The notes under the pieces were generated by a model, which did not search any database, was not told the DNA's origin, and was given only the letters and a program-made list of their open reading frames with translations. DNA of 4,775 nucleotides from Naegleria gruberi (Eukaryota): the NCBI GenBank assembly GCA_000004985.1, contig GG739174.1; one strand, 5' to 3'. The position numbers were made by a program, and so were the translations under genes. Below, piece after piece: positions 1 to 4,775 of this stretch (positions are counted from its first letter, which is position 1; each line of letters begins with the position of its first letter).

Positions 1-128
1 AATGAATTTCATGGTGAAAATAATTATTTAACTTNTTTATTTAAATCATAATTTACAATTTATGATACAACAATATTTTAATCATAATATTGAATTAATT
101 TTAAATTTAAATTTTATTAATCAAAATA

Positions 129-1049
129 TTGAATTTAATATTAAAAATATTAAATTATTCAAATATTATTAATTTTAAAAATAAATTTATTGATAATTTT
201 AATAATAATAATTTAAATCAATTGAATAATAATTTAAATAATAATATAAATCAATTAAATAATTTAAATAATAATATAAATAATAATATAAATAATAATA
301 ATAGTAATATAATTTCAAATAATGATAATAGTATAAATATAGATAAATATATAAAACAAAGATATAAATTATTTTCCAAATATGACAATGGTATAAAAAT
401 AGATACAACAAGTTGGTATGAAGTAACACCTGAAAATATTGCAATTTATATTGCAAATAAAATAAATTTAATTTCTAAAAATATAATATTAATAGATGGA
501 TTTACAGGATGTGGTGGAAATATGATACAATTTTTATTACAACCAAATATAGAATTAGTAATTGGATGTGATATTTCTAAAATTAAATTAGATTATACTA
601 TAAATAATATTTCTATATATGGATGTAATAAAAATAAAATGAAATTAGTAGAAGGTGATTATATGTATCATTTACAAAATAATACTTTTAATAATATTAT
701 AAATGAATTTAAAAATAATAATCCAAATAAGGAATATACTATAATTACATTTTTAGCACCACCATATGGTACATTTAATTATTTAAATTGTATTTATAAT
801 TTAAAATTTGATTTATTAATTAATAATAATCAACATAATGGAATTGATATTTATAAATTTACAAGAAAATATTTTTGTAAAAATATTATTTATTTATTAC
901 CTAAAAATGTTAATATTAATCAAGTTAGTTATCAATTTAATCAAAATGATGAAGAAAATGAAATGGATTTTGAATTTATTTATATGGATGAAAAATATTT
1001 AAAATTAATTTTAATGTATTCAAATGAATGTTTAAATTTATTTAAATAA
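129..1049 (+). CDS. TGS1-family RNA cap guanine-N2 methyltransferase (trimethylguanosine synthase-like) with an N-terminal Asn-rich low-complexity tract. The 5' end is unresolved: the ORF-track 'M' at 129 is a TTG, and the frame is open back to a TAA at 108-110 with no in-frame ATG before the catalytic domain.
   Basis: The translation carries the hallmark TGS1 catalytic-domain motifs in the right order: 'RYKLFSKYDNGIKIDTTSWYEVTPENIAIYIA' (compare TGS1 RYxLFSRFDDGIxLDxEGWFSVTPExIAxHIA), the SAM-binding motif I 'LIDGFTGCGGNMIQF' (compare VVDAFCGVGGNxIQFA), the m7G-binding 'FLAPPYG' (compare FLSPPWGG) and 'YLLPKNVNINQV' (compare YFLPRNADIDQV). Stop codon TAA lies at 1047-1049. The comparison is from memory of the family, not a database search. 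Confidence 0.72.
   Translation: MNLILKILNYSNIINFKNKFIDNFNNNNLNQLNNNLNNNINQLNNLNNNINNNINNNNSNIISNNDNSINIDKYIKQRYKLFSKYDNGIKIDTTSWYEVTPENIAIYIANKINLISKNIILIDGFTGCGGNMIQFLLQPNIELVIGCDISKIKLDYTINNISIYGCNKNKMKLVEGDYMYHLQNNTFNNIINEFKNNNPNKEYTIITFLAPPYGTFNYLNCIYNLKFDLLINNNQHNGIDIYKFTRKYFCKNIIYLLPKNVNINQVSYQFNQNDEENEMDFEFIYMDEKYLKLILMYSNECLNLFK
199..333 (+). repeat. AAT-rich (Asn-codon) low-complexity coding repeat with interspersed TTA/CAA/ATA codons; a poly-Asn tract of the kind typical of dictyostelid proteins
   Basis: Direct reading gives ...NNNNLNQLNNNLNNNINQLNNLNNNINNNINNNNSNIISNNDNS... encoded almost entirely by AAT repeats. The reverse strand reads as poly-Tyr, which explains the spurious 199-456 minus-strand ORF. 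Confidence 0.9.
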
Positions 1050-1076
1050 AAATAAAAATAAATAAAAATAAATTCA
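1047..1076 (+). terminator. 3' end / polyadenylation-signal cluster of the TGS1-like gene (overlapping AATAAA motifs in an A-rich run)
   Basis: 'taaaaataaaaataaataaaaataaa' immediately follows the stop codon. Multiple AATAAA hexamers are typical of AT-rich eukaryotic 3' UTRs. The function is inferred and not proven. Confidence 0.4.
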
Positions 1077-2361
1077 TTGCACTATCAAGTCTTTTTTCAT
1101 CATATTCGTGTGTGTTTATTCTGCTATACAATAAATACAAAAAAAAGCACAATGCCAAGACCAATTACATTCAATCACAGTCGCATTTTTACTTTCTTAA
1201 CAAGTGAAGCTGTTAGAAGAGGATTAAGCTTACACATTGATTTCGTCCTTAATAATTTACATGAAAGTGATCCAATCAGACAAATTGTTGTACAAATATT
1301 ATTAAGATTCCATTAGAAGAATGCAGAGAAAAGATGAGGTTGGATTTCCTACAAGTTCAATATCTTTTGTATGAACTTACACCAGAAGAAATTAAATGGA
1401 TTAAAGATAATGTTAGAGTTTAAATGGTGAGTTAACCTAGCAATGTATTGGTACCGATATTCAACTGTTGGAGAAGAACACCCAACCAAGATTATCCACC
1501 TTGTGCTAATCTGTAATTTTAATTTGTTTGAGTTGGAGGTTAATAATCTTCTCCTTCAAATATTTAGAAAACACTTGTACGAATGTATTTCTCACCATAT
1601 TTTGAACTGCAATTTTCCATATTGCCTCAAAGATCCAATCATTGTATGCAGAATTAGATATTGCTGCTGCAGTGATATCATCATTTAATCTTGGAGCAGA
1701 GAGGAGTGGACAACCCTTGGTCTCACATTCTGAAGTTACATCTTATTATTCAAATAATACAAGAATTACTGTAGATACCATAGGACAGACGCAATAAATA
1801 ATAACATAAGATTGGAAAATGTAGCGAGCATGATATTTATGTGTATGATCTTATGTTAAACAGATCGCAACCCTTTATAGTATTGCAAGGTAAAATATGT
1901 ATAACGCAAATAATACACATATAACTGCGATATCTTAAGTTGTATCTCTGTTGATTGTGCACTCATCTTTATAAACAAATATGCAATGGTGCTCTAAAAT
2001 GAAAAGACACTATATCCACTTACACAATACATTGGTTTCTCATTGTTATTTAACTCTATTTTCAAATATGTTAAACATAATGTAGACCATGAGTTTGAAC
2101 GTAATCCTGTCTATGTACTTCAGGCAGAGTTGAGTACTTACACAGGTTTCATCCTATGATTTACCAAAGTTTGGAACAATCAAGAATGGATTATACTTCT
2201 ACATATCACATTCCAAAACAAACAGAACATCACCCAAATGGTAAGATTTCCAATGGAGAAAGTATTATTTGAAACACGCTGAAATATTATCCAAAAATTT
2301 GGGCATTGATGTTGGTTAATTGTTAGAGTTTTCAATCGTTTTACAAGTTATTCTCCAGAAA
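1077..2361. other. GC-enriched (~35-40% GC against <20% in the flanks) block with no convincing gene; candidate degenerate repeat or mobile-element relic, or a non-coding RNA locus. It continues into the assembly gap.
   Basis: Composition shifts abruptly at 1076/1077. Only short broken ORFs are present on both strands. GTAAGT hexamers lie on the minus strand at 2141-2136, 2023-2018 and 1380-1375. There is a 10-bp perfect inverted repeat at 1803-1812/1848-1857. The block sits in an unusually long convergent intergenic region next to a run of Ns. Confidence 0.3.
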
Positions 2362-2839
2362 NNNNNNNNNNNNNNNNNNNNNNNNNNNNNNNNNNNNNNN
2401 NNNNNNNNNNNNNNNNNNNNNNNNNNNNNNNNNNNNNNNNNNNNNNNNNNNNNNNNNNNNNNNNNNNNNNNNNNNNNNNNNNNNNNNNNNNNNNNNNNNN
2501 NNNNNNNNNNNNNNNNNNNNNNNNNNNNNNNNNNNNNNNNNNNNNNNNNNNNNNNNNNNNNNNNNNNNNNNNNNNNNNNNNNNNNNNNNNNNNNNNNNNN
2601 NNNNNNNNNNNNNNNNNNNNNNNNNNNNNNNNNNNNNNNNNNNNNNNNNNNNNNNNNNNNNNNNNNNNNNNNNNNNNNNNNNNNNNNNNNNNNNNNNNNN
2701 NNNNNNNNNNNNNNNNNNNNNNNNNNNNNNNNNNNNNNNNNNNNNNNNNNNNNNNNNNNNNNNNNNNNNNNNNNNNNNNNNNNNNNNNNNNNNNNNNNNN
2801 NNNNNNNNNNNNNNNNNNNNNNNNNNNNNNNNNNNNNNN
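2362..2839. other. Assembly gap (478 Ns); true length and content unknown
   Basis: An uninterrupted run of n characters. All supplied ORFs crossing it (2320-2955 +, 2341-2883 -, 2348-2905 -) are artefacts of translating N as X. Confidence 0.97.
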
Positions 2840-2980
2840 ACAGAAAAATACAAGAAGGAACAGAGTATGGTGAAACAACTCAAAATGATAGTGCTGAGGG
2901 TGCATTGATTTGTTTTGAATTGGATAAGATGAATTTTAAATTGTTATTTTATTAATTGAGGTAATAACATATCAAATTCT

Positions 2981-3631
2981 TTACATATACAATTTATAAA
3001 AGCTACGAGGTTTTGTCTTGCAAATAGGGCATTTAGAAAGGCAATGAGAACAACAAGTTTCGCAAAAAACATGTCCACAAGGATTGAAAGCAGCATTCTT
3101 ATTTCTATCCATACAAATGCAGCATCGTTGTTCTTCTTCTATTTTCTCCTTCAGATCCATCAGTTCATGGTTTGCAGTTTCTAGCTCAATTTTCATTCTT
3201 TCCAATTCACGTTTTTGAGTCTCAGGTTGCTGGTGTGAATTTTGTTTTTCAAGTATTTCATTCAATTTCACTTCAATTTTCATCTTTTCCTTTCCTATCT
3301 CAATCAGTTTGTTTTCAATTTTTATCTTTTCTTGTTCTTTGGTTCTCAAGTTTTGTTCAACTTGCTTATTCTCCTGTTCAATTTGCTCATTTAACTTTCT
3401 TTGTATATACCAATACCCCAAAAAGCTACCACCTACAATCACCAAAACTGTCATATAAATAGTATTTTTAAATTGATTTGCCAATTGGGTTTCCAATTGA
3501 ATTTGATCTTGTTCTTTTTTTAATTGTTGCAGTTTATATTCTTGTTCTTTTTCTAATTGTTTCATGTAATTTGTAAGGAACTTTGTATTTCCATAGTATA
3601 CGGCAATATCAAAAGCATCATATTTAGAGAA
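2981..3631 (-). CDS. Exon 2 (terminal) of a membrane-anchored RING E3 ubiquitin ligase. It encodes a partial ankyrin-like repeat, a TM helix (TIYMTVLVIVGGSFLGYWYI), an E/K/Q-rich coiled coil and a C-terminal C3HC4 RING of the IAP/MIB/MUL1 type.
   Basis: RING: 'CCICMDRNKNAAFNPCGHVFCETCCSHCLSKCPICKTKPRSFYKLYM*' follows C-x2-C-x11-C-x-H-x2-C-x2-C-x7-C-x2-C. The 'CxICMDRN...PCGH...CPIC' pattern and the protein ending about 12 residues after the last Cys are typical of IAP-class RINGs. The frame runs in-phase from the AG acceptor at 3633-3632 ('FSKYDAFDIAVYYGNTKFLTNYMKQLEKEQ...') to the TAA stop at 2983-2981. The supplied ORF 2981-3565 is the ATG-truncated version of this exon. Confidence 0.8.
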   Translation of the reverse strand, partial: FSKYDAFDIAVYYGNTKFLTNYMKQLEKEQEYKLQQLKKEQDQIQLETQLANQFKNTIYMTVLVIVGGSFLGYWYIQRKLNEQIEQENKQVEQNLRTKEQEKIKIENKLIEIGKEKMKIEVKLNEILEKQNSHQQPETQKRELERMKIELETANHELMDLKEKIEEEQRCCICMDRNKNAAFNPCGHVFCETCCSHCLSKCPICKTKPRSFYKLYM

Positions 3632-3676
3632 CTTTTAAAAATTAATATTACTCAGCTGCCTCAATAATTAACTTAC
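3632..3676 (-). other. 45-nt phase-0 intron of the RING ligase gene (GTAAGT...AAAAG)
   Basis: On the minus strand, exon 1 ends '...GAT TAT TGG' and is followed by a canonical GTAAGT donor (3676-3671) and an in-frame TAA. The acceptor 'ttttaaaag' lies at 3640-3632. Splicing joins the frames of the two supplied ORFs (3668-3997 and 2981-3565) exactly and completes an ankyrin-like repeat across the junction. Confidence 0.65.
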
Positions 3677-3880
3677 CCAATAATCAACTTTTTCATAAGG
3701 ATTGGCCTCTCCTCCTTTAATTAATTGATTGATCAATTCCCAATGATTGTTCTTAATGGCATCATGGAGTTGTTTGGTTGTTCTTTCATCACATGAAGCA
3801 ATAGTGATGAGAAGTAACATCATCATCATCATCATCAATACAAACAATATTACTGATTGAAGATTTAATGTTTTAGACAT
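3677..3880 (-). CDS. Exon 1 of the RING E3 ligase gene: signal peptide or signal anchor (MSKTLNLQSVILFVLMMMMMMLLLITIASC) followed by the start of an ankyrin-like repeat (TTKQLHDAIKNNHWELINQLIKGGEANPYEKVDYW)
   Basis: The ATG at 3880-3878 sits in an 'caaaaaATGtct' context. It is followed by an n-region (MSK), a hydrophobic core and an ASC motif. 'LHDAI..NH.ELINQLIKGGEANP' fits the ankyrin consensus (LHxAxxxGHxxxVxxLLxxGADxN). The supplied ORF's upstream extension to 3997 starts at a TTG, which is not a eukaryotic start. An alternative in-frame ATG exists at 3913-3911. Confidence 0.68.
3818..3835 (-). repeat. (ATG)6 / (CAT)6 trinucleotide microsatellite encoding a Met6 run in the signal-peptide hydrophobic core
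   Basis: 'catcatcatcatcatcat' is read directly; on the coding strand it gives MMMMMM. Confidence 0.9.
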
Positions 3881-4166
3881 TTTTTGTTTAATAAAGCAGT
3901 GAATGGTTCCCATCCACACAGGCTTAAACGTCTCAATCTTAATTACGGTTCCAAATGGGTAGAATTCACATTTCACCAAGGCGAAAAAATGGTGCAAAAA
4001 AAATTTTGAATGTGAACATGGTTACTTTGTAAACGTTCAATCTTTTACTGACTAATAACCTTGATTTCTGTCATATCCTATGATTAAACAGAAGTTACCT
4101 TATATCATCATATATACTTAATAAGAGAATGCATTTAATATAAAATCAATTTTCAACACAACAACT
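3881..4166 (-). promoter_or_regulatory. Intergenic region between two tandem minus-strand genes: the 3' UTR/poly(A) region of the upstream gene plus the promoter and 5' UTR of the RING ligase gene
   Basis: It lies between the TAA stop at 4169-4167 and the ATG at 3880. It contains A/T homopolymer runs (for example 'gcgaaaaaatggtgcaaaaaaaatttt' at 3981-4007). No specific element is recognised. Its GC is higher than a typical D. discoideum promoter. Confidence 0.3.
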
Positions 4167-4266
4167 TTAATTGAAATTATCCCATAAACCTCTAAAAGAT
4201 TTCTTTTTAATTGCATATGGTACTTCTAATGCTCCTCTTAACATTTTTAATACATCCAATCCCATA
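4167..4266 (-). CDS. Terminal exon of an uncharacterised minus-strand gene (…F MGLDVLKMLRGALEVPYAIKKKSFRGLWDNFN*)
   Basis: After the AATAG acceptor only one frame stays open. It runs 33 codons to the TAA at 4169-4167, and the other two frames hit stops within 20 codons. The phase matches the GTATGT donor choice upstream. Confidence 0.55.
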
Positions 4267-4281
4267 CTATTATAATAAAAT

Positions 4282-4309
4282 AAATATTAAATATTAAATA
4301 TTAAATATA
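4282..4309. repeat. (AAATATT)3-4 heptanucleotide microsatellite (intronic)
   Basis: Direct reading: aaatatt aaatatt aaatatt aaatata. Confidence 0.9.
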
Positions 4310-4344
4310 AATAAATATAAAACATATAAATAAATATAAAACAT
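4307..4344. repeat. Perfect tandem duplication of a 19-nt unit 'ataaataaatataaaacat' (intronic, ending 2 nt before the splice donor)
   Basis: The stretches 4307-4325 and 4326-4344 are identical on direct reading. Confidence 0.9.
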
Positions 4345-4346
4345 AC

Positions 4347-4775
4347 AAAATACCAATAATACCAGCAATTTGACCTAATAAACCTTCCATTGAAGAAGTT
4401 AAAAGTTCAGTAATCTTATTTTCATTTAAAGAAGAATAAGCAATTGAAATTACAACTAAATTTTCATCTGATTGAGTTAATTCAACAATTGATAATAAAG
4501 AATCCCATCTTGTATCAATTAAATCTGGATTTTCTATAGTTGGTTTTAATGTTTCAGTTACTATTTTTGTTAAAACAAAATAATTATCAACACCTGATAT
4601 TGCAAAATTAGTTTCAGCAAATACTTTTGGTATAGTTCCAGGTTCATGAAAACTAACTTGAAGTCCAAATCTAGAATCTCTATCTTCTGGTACATTGGGT
4701 ACATTAAAATAAAATGATATTGTACCTGCATATCCTGTTGCATTGGCTTTTTTTTTAATATTATATATTGTTATT
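4347..4775 (-). CDS. Internal or 5'-partial exon of an uncharacterised gene that continues beyond the window end. Product unknown: …KANATGYAGTISFYFNVPNVPEDRDSRFGLQVSFHEPGTIPKVFAETNFAISGVDNYFVLTKIVTETLKPTIENPDLIDTRWDSLLSIVELTQSDENLVVISIAYSSLNENKITELLTSSMEGLLGQIAGIIGIF
   Basis: There is a 143-codon stop-free frame on the minus strand from the window edge down to the GTATGT donor. Codon usage is typical (AAT, GAA, ATT, TTA, CAA). It is missing from the supplied track only because it has no in-window ATG. The true exon start may be the 'aaaaaaaaAG' acceptor at about 4747 or may lie beyond 4775. Confidence 0.62.

Larger units (their letters stand above)
4267..4346 (-). other. 80-nt intron (GTATGT...AATAG), about 9% GC, containing microsatellite and tandem-duplication repeats
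   Basis: Minus-strand reading gives '...ggt att tt|GTATGTtttatattta...ttattataatAG|t atg gga...'. The exon-1 frame hits a TAA inside this AT-rich segment unless it is spliced out. The phase-2 junction reconstitutes a TTT (Phe) codon. Confidence 0.6.

Noticed and set aside
35-35. Single ambiguous base 'n' at position 35
   Set aside because: An isolated low-quality base call in AT-rich upstream sequence. It does not create or destroy any feature I rely on.
199-456. Minus-strand ORF encoding poly-Tyr/Leu (YYYHYLKLYYYYYYLYYY…)
   Set aside because: It is the reverse complement of the AAT/ATA-rich Asn tract of the plus-strand gene. It is antisense low-complexity sequence and not a gene.
1077-1688. 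Plus-strand ORFs 1077-1316 (MHYQVFFHH…) and 1443-1688 (MYWYRYSTV…)
   Set aside because: They are short, have no recognisable domains and show Cys/His/Phe-rich junk-like composition. The second is antisense to a more protein-like minus-strand frame. Neither has a supporting start context or poly(A) signals, so I treat them as chance ORFs in a GC-richer block.
2320-2955. Three long 'ORFs' (2320-2955 +, 2341-2883 -, 2348-2905 -) whose translations consist of X residues
   Set aside because: They only span the 478-N assembly gap, because N-containing codons translate as X and never hit a stop. The few real residues at each end do not form a gene.
3172-3462. Plus-strand 96-aa ORF (MQFLAQFSFFPIHVFES…)
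   Set aside because: It lies wholly antisense to the well-supported RING ligase coiled-coil exon. Its Phe/Ser/Leu-rich composition is the mirror image of the E/K/Q-rich sense frame.
4180-4187. 'tcccataa' on the plus strand, matching the Dictyostelium upstream sequence element (DUSE, [A/T]CCCA[C/T]AA) that precedes ncRNA genes
   Set aside because: It is a single 8-mer lying inside the coding terminal exon of the minus-strand gene, with no obvious ncRNA-like sequence about 60 nt downstream on the plus strand. It is most likely a chance match.
1-4775. Search for tRNA genes (A/B boxes, GGTTCGAATCC-like T-loops), rRNA, CRISPR arrays and prokaryotic operon-type systems
   Set aside because: No B-box-like or cloverleaf-compatible segment was found by eye; the nearest motifs, 'gtttgaacgtaatcc' at 2093 and 'ggttcatga' at 4640, lack the consensus. 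The window is clearly eukaryotic and spliced, so no bacterial or phage-type system is expected or seen.

Overview
This is an extremely AT-rich eukaryotic window. Asn-codon (AAT) homopolymer tracts, GTAAGT/GTATGT...AG introns, 'AAAAATG' start contexts, AATAAA-rich 3' ends and an assembly gap of Ns together point to a dictyostelid (social amoeba) nuclear scaffold. It is not prokaryotic: there are no operons, CRISPR arrays or rRNA/tRNA genes. I found nothing resembling a multi-gene system, so the points of interest are gene-model and genome-structure anomalies.

There are three protein-coding genes:
- A plus-strand TGS1-family RNA-cap guanine-N2 methyltransferase (trimethylguanosine-synthase-like) gene ending at 1049. 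The supplied ORF 'start' at 129 is a TTG, and there is no in-frame ATG, so its 5' end is unresolved.
- A minus-strand two-exon gene (exons 3880-3677 and 3631-2981, split by a 45-nt GTAAGT...AG intron). It encodes a roughly 284-aa membrane-anchored E3 ligase: a signal peptide/anchor with an (ATG)6 poly-Met core, an ankyrin-like repeat, a transmembrane helix, a coiled coil and a C-terminal IAP/MIB-type C3HC4 RING.
- A minus-strand gene entering from beyond the window end (exon 4775-4347, 80-nt GTATGT...AG intron, terminal exon 4266-4167). It is absent from the ORF track and has no recognised product.

Between the convergent first two genes lies a roughly 1.3-kb block (1077-2361) of markedly higher GC that begins abruptly right after the gene-1 poly(A)-signal run. 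It has only broken, short ORFs on both strands and runs into a 478-N assembly gap (2362-2839). This pattern suggests a degenerate repeat or mobile-element relic, or a non-coding locus.
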